Origin: Moniliella sp. 'wahieum'
Taxonomy: Eukaryota
DNA: 64,000 nucleotides
Assembly (NCBI GenBank): GCA_003971905.1
Contig: RSEE01000078.1
Location: 186,001-250,000 of the forward strand
Reading direction: 5' to 3'
Part shown: positions 1-13,773 of the stretch, piece by piece
Layout: each line of letters begins with the position of its first letter
Position numbering within the stretch: position 1 is the first letter of the stretch
The notes under the pieces: generated by a model
Told to the model about the DNA's origin: nothing
Seen by the model: only the letters and a program-made list of their open reading frames with translations
Database searches by the model: none
Translations under genes and position numbers: made by a program

Positions 1-910
1 GACCGAGTTGAGTCCGACGCCGACCAAGGCGCAGGGACCCCATGGCAGCCGGGCTCAAGACGAGGCCTGGTCAGGCCCTCCCTTGGGTGTGGACCAACGT
101 TATATCCACGATACCACCACCCTCACCTTTCGTCCGGTCAAGTCACCCCTGTCGAAAGGAAAGTGGGTCGCTATGGTACGTGCTGAGCTATTGGCCTTGG
201 GTGTGTTGCACCTCTGTCCTGCACCTGCCTGACTGACCTCCTGCTCTTCTCAGGACAAAGATACCAATACCACCTTGTTTGAAATGCACTCCATTGGCAA
301 TTGGGCCACGCTCTCGGCCAAAAAGAGGCTCACTAGGGTGGTGGGGGAACCGGTCAGTGACGAGCAGGTCAAGGTTGTGCGATCTGCTACATTTTCAGTC
401 GAGGACAGCACGTCGGGAAAGACGGTGCTGTATCTTCGTCGAATTGGCCAGTTGGGGCAAATGTCGGGTCAGCCGTTGGTGTACTTGCGACTGTACGATG
501 CCTACGCGCCCGGCGGGGTCAAGCCCCTGTTTCAAATCACGATGCCAGATGCCGATTCGCCCAACCACAAACCTCACCTCTACCTCAACTTCTCCAACAC
601 GTTGCATGGCGATGGCAACGTGGCTGCACCGACGACGATCAAGTTGGTCAATGCCGAGTGGGCGGATCGCTGGGCCATGCACGAGGTTTCGACCAAGCAT
701 TGGATTGCCCAGTGCTGGCCGACTCAACATGCCATCCTATCCCGCATCCCCCTTTTAGGTTCGGATACCCTGACCCTCCGCACTGCTCCTAACACCGACT
801 TGCTTCTTCTGGCCACCGTTGCGTTTTGCAAGCTGGAGGCGGACGCTGAAATTCGGGATACACTTCGCCTGCGCGCCTCCGAGGCCGACATGGGCAATGT
901 TGCTATGTAA
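1..910 (+). CDS. Hypothetical protein, possibly LURP-one/tubby C-terminal-like; 5' end probably outside the window
   Basis: ORF 8..232 joins ORF 275..910 in frame via a phase-0 intron 176..253 (GTACGT...CTGAC...CAG). The beta-rich pattern and the C-terminal 'LRTAPNTDLLLLATVAF' helix resemble the LURP-one family; the family call is an inference. Confidence 0.6.
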
Positions 911-1527
911 GATAGATGGGCATGGGTAGCGCCAACGATCGGTTCAGCTGGCGCCCTCGCTCCTCCCCCCCCCCCCAAGCTCACGTTCATAATGGACAAT
1001 CGCCCGTACATACATCGACTTTGCCCTCCCACTCCACCCCCCTTCTCTAACTCTCGACCCAGCTTCGCCTCAACCAATCCGCGGATCCCCCAGGCGAACT
1101 AGGTTTGTTGCGTGCTACGTGACGTGTCCGCCCCATCTGTGGTAGATGCGGTCGCGAAGCGGTCGAACCCAGCCCACCTATAGGGTCCCATTGCACAGCT
1201 ACAGGCAATTAAGACCATGCCGAGGGCGCTCGCCTCACTGACCACCATACTTCACTTCCTATCTCCGTCCCATGGTTGGGTCACAATGCATCGAAGAAGT
1301 ACCTACAACAAGGATGATTGGCGCCACTCATGCTGGGAGTGGTACCCAGCTTGGTGGCAGGGGGGCAGAAGGTGAGGAACAAGACAACAAGACTTAGGCA
1401 CACGTATATAGCAACAGAGAATGCCGCCCACTCCAAGTCCCCAAGGAGGGGAGAGGCGAAGATGGGAGGAACGGGAAGAAGGAAGAAGGAGAAGGAGGGG
1501 TGCCAACTGAGCTTCCGCTCGGGTCGG

Positions 1528-2708
1528 TCATGGGTCTCGCACATAATTGCCTGGGAAGATACCCTGGACGCCATTCACCACTCCGGTCCACCAATCGTCC
1601 GCCGAGCCGGTCCGCTGTACCACTTGGATCCGATCCCCCGCCGAAAACGTAAGGTCGCCTCGGCTTGGGCCGTGTAGTCATACAGCGCAACCACATACTC
1701 GGCAGCAGGCTCCATGCCTGGCTTTTTGCTCGGGATCGGCGGGGGTGCCTTCTTGCCCAGGGTACTGCCACTGCGTCCGACGGCAGCGCCACCCCTTTGC
1801 TAGGTGCATTGGCGGCCATGCCATGGGCGCTGCCGCCGGCGCGGGACGCCGGTCCGAGCGACGCCCCGCCTGGCTCAGCACGCGGACGGGATGCAGCCGG
1901 CTGCGGATGGACAGATTTTCCAGCTGCTCCGTCACATCCCCCATCGCCGCCTGGTAATCGGACTCGATCTGGCCATGGGCCACATTGAGTTCGTATCTGC
2001 CTGCGCAAAGGCTTGGATGCGGTCCAGGGTGAGGTAGAGCACGTTGAGTTGCATGAAGTAAGAGTGGAAGAGGGGCTTGACAAAGGTCGCGGCCAGCTCA
2101 AGAACTGCGGCATCTCCTCCTTGAGGGTGTTGTTAAAGTACTCATAGTCTGCCATCGACGTTTCATACTCTTGCTCGACCTTGAACATGTGCTGTTCCTC
2201 CTTGAGCGACTTTTCTTGCTTGTTCTTGAGCTTTTCGTAGCTGTTCTTGTGGCGGTCATAGTCCACCAGCTTATGGTCGCGCTTGGTGATGTTCTTGCGG
2301 ATGGCCTGGTCACCGCATGGAAGTCGGTCAGAGCGCCACAATCCGGTTCTCGATCAGCTCAATCTCGGGGGTCAGCGTGTCGCGCAGCGCCAGCATGGAG
2401 TCGTACTCGGGCAGACTGGCCAGGGTGTGCGCCGCTTCGGGGTGGTGGGTGCAGCAGGTCGCCCTCGGATCCGATGGGGGAGAAGATGGCCTGGAAGGTG
2501 GTGCCAAACGCGGCGCCAGACACGAGCATGTTCTGCACGGTCGCGGTAGGCGACGGCATCCTTCTTGAGCTTCTCGGCGGTCTTTTCGAACGTGGCAAAG
2601 CGGCGGGCGAGTTCGTCGAACTGGGCGTCGGTTGCTCTTGTGGGACATGCCGACCTTGGAGGTGATGAGGTGGGGGGCGCGGCTGAACGCCTTGGAGATG
2701 CCGCGCAT
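1528..2708 (-). CDS. RVS167: BAR + SH3 domain amphiphysin-like protein (Rvs167/Hob1), frameshifted in this assembly
   Basis: [13 protein letters not shown]... N-terminus; BAR segment '[26 protein letters not shown]...[15 protein letters not shown]'; SH3 domain '[24 protein letters not shown]...[20 protein letters not shown]' ending at TGA 1530-1528. Confidence 0.92.
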
Positions 2709-3063
2709 GGCGTGCGATGGGGGGGTGGGGGGGAGGTGGTGGTGGGGACTGCGCAGCGGGAGGGTGGGGGGGGGCTGACGTCAGCGGCAGGGAAGGGCGA
2801 GGCGGGTGTGAGTGATGCGGATGGGATGACGTAGGCGCGCGGCAGGGTTGGGCTGGGCAGACGCCTGGGGTGCAACGCAACACGGCACGGCGCCAGCCTG
2901 CGGGCGGCCTCAGTAACCCTGCCGATGCCTGCCTGCTCTGCGCTGTGCTGCCAGCCCTGCCCAGCCCCCCAGCCGCACAGCGCAGCCGCCCCCGGCACCC
3001 GCCATCCCCACCCGCCCGTCCCGCCCGCACCCACCACCACCCCGCCCGCCACCACCGCCCGCC

Positions 3064-6000
3064 ATGGGCGCCAGTCCAACTTCAGCCACGCCGCCACCAA
3101 CAAGGCCGCCATCACATCTCTCCCCGATCTACGACCGCCGCGGTACGTCCCTCGTCCCTCCCCTCCCCTCCCTTCCCCTGTCTGCCTGCTGCTGACCGCA
3201 TGGGCGTGTCCGTGTCCGACCCAGCCCTCGACACCACGGCCGTGCTCCCCCTCATCACTCCCTCAACCAGCTCGCCTACCTCCCAGCACCAGCCCCGCAT
3301 CCGCGACATCATCACCCTCGACGGCGGCCTCGACTGCCTGGTGCGCATCCTTCGCTCCGTTCCGCCTGCTCTCCAGACCACTCCGCGCGGCGGCGTGGCC
3401 CGTCGGACCTGCAGAACGTGTGGAAGTGGAGCCTTGCGTTTCAGTGTGTCGTCAACATTGGCGTCCGAGCTCCGAGGCGGTCCGCACCCGCGTCGTCGAG
3501 GCCGGCGCCATTGCGATCGCTGTCCGCGTCCTCCAGTCCCATCTGGCTCATGTCGATGCCACGCGCGCGCCCAGTGCGCCCCAGCTCGCCTCCACCTCTG
3601 CATCTACTGCCTCCTCCTCCGCCACCACGCGCCCCCCGGACCGCGCCCCCTTCTCTTCGGGTGCTGCTGCCGCTGTCGCTGCCGCGGCGGCTTCCGCCCC
3701 GACTGCGTCTCCTGGTACCGCCTCTGCCGCCACGCCGACTGCCACTTCGCTCACCCTTCCCACCCAAGCCCACTCGGCCCCGCAGCCGGCCTCGGTGCAG
3801 GGCGAGCCGTCGGAGCGCCGGACAAGTCACCCGAGCGGGAGCGCAAGCCATGCGTCGGGTTCCGAGCCAGACCCCGATGCAGATAGAGATGGACGACGCG
3901 CGGCCCAACGCTTCGTCCGCGCCTTCCTCCACTGCCGTCTCGTCGCAGCAGGAGACACCAGTGGATGTGCAGGCCACGCCCCGTCCCCCGGCGCCGCGCG
4001 ACCTTGTCATGGCCCAGTCCCAGTCGCTTTCCCCAGTCGCTTTCACAGTCGCTTTCCCACTCGCACTCTCACTCTCAACACCCATCCCAGCCCCCATCCC
4101 AGCCCCCGTCTCACCCCCATCCCCCGCACCAATCCCAGCCCCAGCCCCCTCCTCAAGAGGATGCCGTAGCGTCGCGCAGGGCTCGAAACATGACCCCCAC
4201 CGCGTCTACTGCGGCTTTCATGGGTGTCTCTCCTAGTGCGCGTGGCCCACGTGTGACAGCGCCCACGGCCCGGCCAGACGCCAATCCGCAGCCGGGAGAA
4301 ATGCAGTTCCGGGAGGAGGAGGTACTGCTGGCACTACAGCTGTTGGCATATGTGTCCAAGTATGCCCATGTGCGCAGCCTGTTTTACAGTGACGAGTGCT
4401 TTTCCGGCCGCTTCCCACGACGTCCTCGAATCCTATCAGCGCCTCCAGTTACACAGCATCCGCTACCCTCTCTTTGAACCTATGGCCAAGGACACCAAGT
4501 CCTCCGCGCGAGAAGACACGCCCATGGCGGCGGGAACCCTTGCACCGGGTGAACCTGCCTTGGAACACGGCCATTGTTGAAGGCGGGGCGGGGGACCAAG
4601 AGGAGGCGGCGTTGCCACCTGGCACTGGCACCACGATGGGGCCCGACCCAGACACGGAGCAGTCGATCCTGCCGTGCCTGGGGTAGCGGGCTATTATGGC
4701 TTTGCAGCCCCTCTTCCGGTCCGATAGGGCTAGTAGATCCGACCGAGGAAGAAAGGGCGGGTGGTCCGCCATTGGTGGATCTGACGGGACCGCGATGGAG
4801 CAACCCACCCACGGAGCGCAATGTGTTAGCATTGCTGAACGCTATACCATTCGCTCTTCGCGCGTCCCCCCCATTGCGCAAGGCCGGCTTGCGCGCGAGA
4901 TCCAGTTTTGGGCTGGGGTGATTATGCGCAATGCGTGTCGCAAGGACGATGAGCGCGGTGGGTGCGGCCCTGTGCGTACATGTCGTGTGGGAAATGGGAA
5001 TCATTCCCACGGCAATTTGCCAAGTGCCGTCGCTGCCGCAAGGCCAAGTATTGCTCAAAGCAGTGTCGCTCGGCTGGGCTGCCGGGCATCGGTTTTGGTG
5101 CTCGGCGCGTCCGGAAGACGAGGCTCGCAGGGACGCACATGCCGTCCCCGATGTCTCGTCGATGAATGTCGCGCCTCCTACTGCCGGTGGTGGGGCTGCT
5201 ACGACTGCGCCCGCGGCGATCCGGCTCAGCGAGCGCTTCTTCCTCCGCCTACCAATGTCGCCCCGGCCGTCGGACCAGGCACCAATCCTCCCCCTGCCAC
5301 CGCCCCAGCCCCTACGGCGACAGAAGACGCACATCGTTTCCGGTGCCCGTTCACCTTGCTCGACCTCGTCCGGCGGCCGGATTGGACTTTGGTCAGCCCG
5401 ACCTGACCCCTCGCCAAGCGGCCATTATTGGCTGATGGCCACCCGTCACACGACCCCTCCGGGCGCACTTTTACCTGCGCCTCCCACTGTACCCACTGTG
5501 ACCATGGAGGCGGAGGAGGCCGAGGCGTCGCCTCAGGCGCGGGAGGCGCGTCCCCCGCCCTCGGCTTCGAGGGAGCCCGAGACGGAAACTGAGCCGGAGC
5601 GCGAGACGGCGATTGATCAGCTGCGCATGACGTTGCACGACTGCCTCGGGCTCTCGTTCGCGCTCCCATTCGGGATCGCAAGGCAGGCGGGATCGAGATG
5701 AGACGACGACGGCGGTCAACCCGCGGTTACTGGCTGTGCGGCAGGCGCTCACATCCGCTCCAGCACGGCCGAGGGAGTGAAGCGAGCGACGAGGATGTGC
5801 CATCGGTTCGTCGCGGTGGCCTGACCCCACGTCCTGCTGTTCCGGCCGCGCGGGTGCGACGAGCGGAGCAGGAGATGGAACCTTCCTTCTCCCTTTTGTC
5901 GGGGGCCGAGACGGACGCTAGTATGGATGTGGACAATGAGGCGGAGGCCGATCGTGAGGCTGGGACGGAACCGGCGACGCAGCGCGGGCCTGCGCAAGAG

Positions 6001-6797
6001 CCGAGTGCGGGGCCATGCGCACCCACTCTGGTCGCACCGGCGGTGCGGAGGACGGATATGGCGGGCCGGCCGTTACCACCACCGCCGTTGATTGCGTCGC
6101 TGGATGACCCGATGCACGCTCTGCCGCCTCGCGACGGTACGCCCGGTGCGGTGCTGCGTCACTTGCCGCATCCGCCGCCTGGTGCGCCATGGCGCCGACG
6201 AACGACTTTGACCCGCAGCCGCAAGACAATCCGTTTGTCGATCCCGATCGCGAGTTGGAGAACATGCCATGGGATGCGATTGAAGGCTACCATCTCGACA
6301 CGACGCCCACGTCGCGGCGGGACGGGCAGGCGACGCGTCTGCCTCGGGCTCCAGCACCGCCGGCGCCGATGCAGCGCCGGGTGCCGGCACGGGTGCCGCG
6401 CGGGCCGGGCGGAGCGGGCAGAGCCGTGTGCTGTGCCGCCGCTGGCTCGGCTGGGCGGCCGGGTGAGTGCCGGCACACCACCCTCGACCGCTTCCTCTGG
6501 CAGTTTCCCCCCCTCGTCGTCGAGTTTGCCGCGGCGGGCGCAGGACGATGCGACGCTGGCCAACATCCGCCGCCTGCCGCGGCCGCGCGCGGCAGCCCGT
6601 CGTTTGTGTCGCCGGCCAGTACGGCGGGCTGCCGGGATCGTACATGCCGTCGCCGCTGGGCGCCGCTCGCCGTCGGGCTCGGCGCCGCTGGCGGGCGGGG
6701 AGGAGGAGGAGGAGGAGCTGAGGGCGTGGGGGACGAATCTCATCTGGGGCATTCGCATGCATGCGCACAGGCACGTAGAGGGCAGGGGGGCACGTGA
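3064..6797 (+). CDS. MUB1: MYND zinc-finger protein of the Mub1/SamB family with a long low-complexity C-terminal tail (3' end uncertain)
   Basis: N-terminal 'RQSNFS...YDRR|ALDTTAVLPLI' across intron 3143..3224; 'WKWSLAFQCVVNIGVR'; 'EEVLLALQLLAYVSKY'; 'FWAGVIMRNACRKDDERGG'; MYND finger 'CAYMSCGKWE..FAKCRRCRKAKYCSKQC...HRFWC' at ~4970-5105. Confidence 0.88.
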
Positions 6798-7130
6798 CGC
6801 GGGGGCGCATATAAAAAGACACGCAGTCCAACACGCCCGCAGCAGCCCGCAGTCAGTAGTCACAACTAGTCACTAGTCGCCTTGCTCCGCGCCGACGCTG
6901 AAAAAACTGCCGAGCGAGGGCGCGGCGCAGCGGGGCGGGGCCACGTGACCCGCCCTGCCCGCACCGCGCCGCTCTGGGCGGGCTGGGCGGGCCGACATGT
7001 GGCACGCCCGCCGGCCAGGCCCAGCGACGCAGCCGCCATCGCACCTTGGCCACGCAGCCTACCTCTCTCTACCCGCCCTCGGCCGTTCTTCTCTCGTCGC
7101 TTGCCGCGTCGCCCACACCGCCTCCGTGCC

Positions 7131-9515
7131 ATGCCGCCTCCGCCCCCCTCTGCCCAGCCACGCGCGTCGTCCCCGCCCCCGCCCCCGCCCGTGTCGGCGT
7201 CGTCACCACGCACACGCGCCAAGCCTCTCGCCAGCCCCTCCGCCCCCAGCTCTCTGTCCCTCCGCCGCCTCACCCGTCCCGCCGGGCTGCATGCCCCTGG
7301 CCCTCCCCCACTCCTCCTCCTTGCCCGGCACGCCGCTGCTTGTGACGCCCCCCTGCCTCGTTTCCCACCCAGCCGACTTGGACGCAGAAGAGCCGCCTGC
7401 TTTCTTTGCCCTCGCCCCGCCACCGCCGCCTCCCACGGGGCTAGCCTCCCCATCTCCTGGCCAAGCAGGCGCCGCCATTTCGCCGCCTCGACGTACCATC
7501 CAAAACACCGACACTCGTCCAGGCAGTCTGAAGGGTGCTGCCCCCGTCTCCCCTGTTTCCTTTCCGGCCAGGGTTGACCAGCGACCACGCCGCCCCCGTC
7601 TTTTCAATCCAACGTCCCCCCTCCTGGGCGGCCAGCCAACCGCAGTCCCCAGTTCATTCCGCCTCGGGACCAGACAAGGCGGCAAGTCCGCTCCTTTTCT
7701 CTGCTCAGCCTCTCAGCCACAGCAATCCCAGCCGTTGCGCGGCCGAAAACCGATCTTAATCTTCCCCATCTGAGCACCAGTCCGCCCAGCACCACTGGAC
7801 CTGCCGGACCAGGCCTGTGCCGCCTCCTTTGGCCGCTGGCGCTCCCGCGCCCCTTGATCCCCTGGATCGGTTCGGTCGCTGGATGGAGCGTTGATTGTAC
7901 AGTTGGATGCGGCGACGGCCGAACCTCTCTGATGGTTTAGCCGATGCGCTGACTGCGCCGCCTTCGCCCGTGGTAGGCTGTACACCGACCGCGTCGCCTC
8001 CCACCTTGGCTGCCTTGGGCCTCAACCGTCCCCGGTCCTTCCACTCTTCCCACCTGGTAGGCGGTGGCGGTACGCCGTCTGGTGCCGCAAAGGGTGCTGG
8101 CCGGACCCAGCAGTGCGATCGTGCCAAGTGCCAGCGTACCGTCCGCTGCGCCTCCTGGCGCCCCCATTCGCTCCCCCCTGTTTCCCGTTCCCGCCCCACC
8201 TCCCGCCCGGGCTCCCGACCTCGATCTAGCTCCGGCACCCGGCTAACGGAGCCGGAGCGGCTTTGGCCAGCACCGTGTATACCAGCGACACGGGGGCAGG
8301 ACGCAGCTCGTCGCCGCAGTATGGTACGACAGTACCTACCGGTTCTGGCTCGGCGCTGCTTCCCTCGGCTCCCACACAAGGGTCGAGTCAGGCGCACGGC
8401 CCGCTCTTGGCTCCCTCGCCCGTTCGAGGCAGTTTGATGTCGATTGATGGTGCGCTGATTTGGCCGTCGGATGCGGCCACGGCCGTACCTCGCTCGCCGA
8501 TTCGTTTGCCGATGTGCTCAGTCGACCTCGTCGCCGTTGATTTTGACGCCGAGCGTGTCGATGTGGCGGGCGGGGGTCGATGGCGCCGAGCCGGTTGCCC
8601 CGCGGGCCTTCGAGCACCAGTATGGGCGAGCTGGTTCCGTCGCCGATTGGGTTCGGAGCGGGACAAGGTCACCCTTCTTCTCCGTTGCACTCACCGGCCC
8701 GTTCGCCGGCCCGTTCTCCGGCCCGGTCTCCGGCCCGTTCGCCGCTTTGCTCGCCCGCCCGCTCTCCCTGCTCTTGGCTCGGTCCCCACGGTCCTCGTTT
8801 GGCTTGCCCCCCTCGGCGCGGCAGCTGCGTCGGCAGCGGTGGTGCAAGCTGCCTGCCCGCCGACCAGCACCTCCTCCGCCCTTGGCTACGCGCACCACCT
8901 CCTTATCCAAGCACGCGCCCGTGCCTGGATCGCCCTTGGCGGTGCTGGTCAACGCGACCGGGCCTAGCGCGCCCCGCTCCTCATCTCGTCCTCGCTCTTC
9001 TGGCTCCTATGACCCGTCCCACCACGAGTCCCGGCAGCCTCCGTTCGGTCGATGGCGCGCTCATGTCGCCTGCTGATGCGGCGACAGAACGAACGAGCCT
9101 CGATGCGTGGGCTTCGACTTATGCTGCTTCCTCCTCCCCGCCGTGGCCCGAGGCCGGGGACACTCGGATTCCCCTCCCCTCGCCCGGCAGGTCCACCGTT
9201 CTGCCGGGTGTCCAGCCCCCCGTCTTGCCAGCCCAAACCGGCCTCGGCCGCTTGAAGCTGCCAGGATCGATGCTCACAGGTAGGAGTTGGTTTCCGAGTG
9301 AGGATGAGGCGTCGGGAGGGGGGTGCGGGGAGGGTGGAGTTGGGTGGAGTTGGAGTTGGAGTTGGAGTGGAGTTGGTTGGGTTGGTTTGCCACATGGTTG
9401 GTTGCTTTGTTTTGTTTTATTGCTGTTTGTCTTCTTGACCGGTTCGCGGTCTCTCGGTCTCTCTGCGCATCCAGGTGAGCTGGCGATTTGCTGGCGACTG
9501 TGGATGGAGGGATGA
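7131..9515 (+). CDS. Ser/Pro-rich hypothetical protein (frameshifted; boundaries uncertain)
   Basis: Overlapping + strand ORFs give a consistently S/P/G-rich protein. An 18-codon motif is duplicated with many synonymous changes, which supports coding on this strand. Confidence 0.45.
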
Positions 9516-10292
9516 GTTGGTTTGTTGCGGTTATGCGTGTGAATAAGGGATTGGGAATGAGCGCTGGGTGGCACCCCGGTGCGTGTCGAACTGGTTGGAC
9601 GAGTGATAGAGGAAACCTGTTCGGGGGTACTAGGCCAGGTGGGTTGGCATCAGCACATCAAAGTCAAGCGAAAGGGCTGGCGTCCATCTGGGGTAATTCC
9701 GACCTTAGGTAATTTAACTCGCTGTGCCAAGTTTTCGCGGCGGAGGAATTCGTTGGGGCCGAGCGGAATGAGAGATAGCGGAACGGACTGGGAGGGTGGA
9801 ATTCGGGATTCGTTATGCCATGCCGGCCTCCGACGCGACGCGACACGAGACGCGACACGCCACGGTGAGGGACGCGCGCGGAGGCGGGCAGTTGAGGCGG
9901 CGCACGCGTGGTGATGTGGGCTGCGTGCTGGGCAGGCGCGGGGGCAGCGTGAGCGCCCAGACAAGCGGCTGTACATCACGTCCGCCCCGCCCATCACCGC
10001 CTCCTCACCCCCCACCACCCAGCCGACCACGTACATCTGTCTCATCCACGCCCGATTGGGTTAGGTTATCTGTTCCTGATCTCCACCCCCCCCGGCCCCA
10101 CCCGACCACGCGTCCGCCGACGCACGCTCCGAGCTCGCCGCCCGCCTCCTCCACGCCCGCCTCGTCGCCACCACCACCACCACCACCGCGCCGCCAGCAC
10201 CCTCCCCCACCCCCGGTCCCCACCGCCGCCGCGCCTCTCCTCGCCCCACACACCCACCGTCTCCACCCGCTGCCGCCAAGCCCCCCCAGCCC

Positions 10293-11907
10293 ATGCCCTG
10301 GCCCAGCCCTCCATCGACGCCCTCATCGCCGCTGAGAATAGCGGGCGGTGTGAGGCCCCGCCCCCTCCCGCCGAACTAACGTCGTCGACCATGTCGAGCT
10401 CGCTCAGTGCCCCCACCCTCGGCAGCTTGTCGCCGGGACACGAGGCTCACTGGCCTTCGGCGCCGTCCAACTGCTGCGTCAACCCGCCTGCCGAGGTACC
10501 CATACCGCTTGCCTCGCCCCACTTGGCCTCCGCCCCGAAAGACATCTACGCCGATGTGTTTGGGCCCTTGGTCCATGCCCCGCCGCCGTCGCTGCCGGGA
10601 TCGTCGTGCGCACAGGTCCCTTCGTCTCCTTTGCCCCATGCCTGCCGCCCTGCCCGTTCGCCTTCCCTCGGGCAGCTCGAACGCCGCGCAAGTCCGACAC
10701 GGCCCGCTCCAGCTCGCGGTCACGCAGGGTAACTCGCCATGCCTCTCCAGGGCGCGAACGCGATGCAGCCGCCCGGCCACAGCCGCTGTCGTGCGCGTAC
10801 CATGGCGGTACACCCGTACCCGTACCAACCGGTGCCTATGCCAGCTAACTCGGACCCGTTCCCCACCACGCCCAAGGGCAGTGCCGTACCCCCTCCTGTT
10901 TCCAGTACCACCAAGCCATCCTTGGCCTACGTGTTGGGGCTTGGCTCGGTCGTCGGATCACGCACCCCCCCGCCCGCGCGGGAGGAATCGGACATGCTTG
11001 CTTCGTGTGGTCAATCGCCGCTGTGCTCAGTGCAGCTGGACAAGGCGACGGATGACGCAGCGCAGGTGATGCACCTTTTGGCTGCCTCGCCCAGTCCCGC
11101 CCGCGCTTCCCCGCGGCGCAGGCCCGCCTCCCCCAGCCTGGCGTTGGGGTCGCGATCCAGTGCCCGTGCCAGTACCAATCCCGTGGGCGTGGGCTTGGGC
11201 TTGGGCTTGGGCTTGGGCTTGGGATCGATCTGGATGCGCGAGAAGCAGTTGGCGCCGCATCTCCTATGGTGCTTGACCCACCCCAAGATCCTGACCGTGG
11301 ATTGGAGTCTCACTGGCATCAGGCAGGGTGCTACTGGGCGTCTGTTTCTGCCGCTACTCCCTCTGCCCAAGCCGGGGAAAAGAGGACAAGCGGTTGTGGT
11401 GATGCCACCGCCTGGTCGATCGGGTGCAGTGCCGCGCACGCCGCCCCCCCGCTCGCGACGTCCGCCTGGCACGCCCCGCGAACGCCGCCCAACCAAATCG
11501 CCGGCACAGTCGCCACGCCACAAGCGCCCGGGAGCACAGTGAGCTACGTGGGACGCAATGTGTCTCCATCCCCTTTGCCTCGGGGGTTCCCCGGCCCCGC
11601 GACCGGCACGGCACCGTACGCCCGGCAGGTGGGTGTCCACGCCCTCGCGGCTGGCCAAAGAGCAACGAGAACAAATTCTTACCCCGGGCCACGCTCGGCG
11701 TCCCGGCCGTCTCGGCATGCGCATTCGCGCTCGTGGGCGTCTCCGTTGAAGCGCTATGGTTTGCCTGGTGCACGATCTGAGGACCTGCTTGGCCCCATGT
11801 TGCCCGCGTCTCAATCTTCCCCCTTCCTTGGCGCAAGAACTGTTGTCGCTTCGCGCCCGCCTCGTCCACGAGAACCGACGAGCTGGCTGCCCACCCCTAA
11901 TCGATAA
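10293..11907 (+). CDS. Pro/Ser-rich hypothetical protein (frameshifted)
   Basis: ATG at 10293 followed by a chain of overlapping + ORFs (10391, 10739, 11266) of similar composition, then a pyrimidine-rich 3' UTR-like tract. No recognisable domain. Confidence 0.45.
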
Positions 11908-12397
11908 TCCCTTGGGGGCACCTTTTTGTGTCTTCTTTTCCTTTCTTTTCTTGAGCCTTTGCTGTTCTTGTTGCACTGCTGTGCCCTACGTTGGCCGCCT
12001 TCTTGCAGTTCAGAGCCCTTCTTACTGTTTTTGGTCCGTTTCGCCATGCCTCCCCTTCTGTATCCTTGCCTCTGATCTGTGGGGCAGTTACCGTACTACC
12101 CCTGCCCCGTCTCTTCTGCCTCCTTCTCTTCTGTCTGGTCCCTTTCGTTGTGTTGGCATGTGTGACTAATTGCCCGAGATGGGGTTGAAAACTGGTGTTG
12201 CCCTTGCTCTTTGACGGTGAAGTGGTAGGTAGATGTAGGTTGCGTAGCGTAGCAGGGGGCGCGAAAGAACAAGTTTGAAAGAAGGGATCATCGATCAGAT
12301 CATCGGCCGTCCGATCGGCAGCGGCGGGTGGAACATGGACGCAAGTAAAACAGCGTGGCTGACGCGGGCTTCCCAGTGGTCCCACCACCACCACCCA

Positions 12398-13548
12398 ATG
12401 GCACCAGCACGCCTTGTCGCTCTGGCCCTCCCAGCCACGGTTCGCATCCGGCCCGGGTGGGTGGCAAGGACTGGGTGGATGGCACGGCGCGCAGCGGGGT
12501 TCGACCAGCGCCGGCCAGCCAGCTGGTTGACGCAGTTGTCCGGCCTCGTTAGCCCGCTCCAACCTCCATCAGGGCGCGCCGCACGCCAGCCCAGTGCCTC
12601 TTCCGGTCCGGCGAGCGACTTGCCTGAGGGCACACGTGTCTACACACAGACCAAAGTGTTGCCCTACACGCAAGCGCAGCTGTTTGCCATGGTGGCCGAT
12701 GTGGATCGCTACCACGAGTTTTTGCCCTTTTGCACCATGAGCCGCGTGGTTGGTCCGGCCGATGCGGCAGCGCCTACGCCTGCGTCTGACCCCTCCTCCG
12801 CCCCTCCCCCAACGCGGGACCCGAGTCCGGCGACGCCGTTGGTCCCACATCCCCAGGCGGCGGGGGACGAATCCGTATTTCGCCTGCCTCAGTCGTCCAC
12901 GGCCACGTCGGGTGCCATGTCGAGCATGCGTGGGCCCGCAGCCCGTCCGCCACCTGCCCAGCCTACCCCTCTCTTCCCGCCCTTGGCCCGGCTGGTGTCC
13001 CACTTGGAACACTGGGCTACGCCTCCTCCCCTTTCTCCGCTCCATCTGCCCCACCACCCACCACCTTCCCCTCGCCCCACCGTCCGCACCGCCCATGCAC
13101 CACCCTCTTCTCCTTCTTCTTCTTCTGCTCCTCGCCCTCCCCTCCTGTGACCTCACGCGCACTTCTGGCCGATTTGGGAATTGGGTATGGTGCGTTCAAG
13201 GAAGAGTACCGGAGCAAAGTCGAGTTGACGGGCCAAGAACAAGTCAAGGTGCGTTCTGCGTTTGTCTCGCTCGGCGCCTCTGGATTGCGTACTAACCAGG
13301 TCCGGCGAATGGACTGCTAGGCAACCGCCTTGCCCGGCTCCAATCCGCTCTTTACCCACCTCAGTACCACCTGGCGCCTCACCCCATTGGCCCAGGGTAC
13401 AGCGACGCAGATTGACTATACGTTGGCCTATGGGTTTGCTCATCCGGCCCATGCGTGGGTGGCAGGCGCCGTGTTTGCGCGCACGGCAGCAATGATTATG
13501 CATGCGTTCGAACACCGGGCTCAAACGTTGTACGCGCCCGCACAATGA
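12398..13548 (+). CDS. COQ10: Coenzyme Q-binding START-domain protein, mitochondrial
   Basis: Arg-rich presequence-like N-terminus; 'YTQTKVLPYTQAQLFAMVADVDRYHEFLPFCTMSRV'; 'ADLGIGYGAFKEEYRSKV'; intron 13249..13320 (GTGCGT...TACTAAC...TAG); 'LFTHLSTTWRL...IMHAFEHRAQTLY'. Confidence 0.9.
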
Positions 13549-13773
13549 GCAATGAGCAATGAACTCAAATCGACGGCCAACCCATGTGCCTTCTCTCTCG
13601 CGTTTCGCCTTTTTCACGCTTCAGCTGCTACTTACGACAGGAAAAGGGGGAAAGTCTCACTGGAGAAGGAGGTAAGACGGGACGGTATCGTATAGGCGCG
13701 GTGCGGAAGCAGGGAAGGGGAGACTTCGGGCCGGCAAACCGGCGGACAGCGAGCAAGCCCGTTCCGGACGGGG

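Noticed and set aside
7756..9574. Minus-strand ORFs as the real gene
   Set aside because: The synonymously diverged repeat motif and the amino-acid composition support the plus strand; long shadow ORFs are expected at this GC content.
11191..11222. (GGCTTG)n as a telomere-like repeat
   Set aside because: It is an in-frame Gly-Leu coding microsatellite, and no TTAGGG arrays occur in the window.
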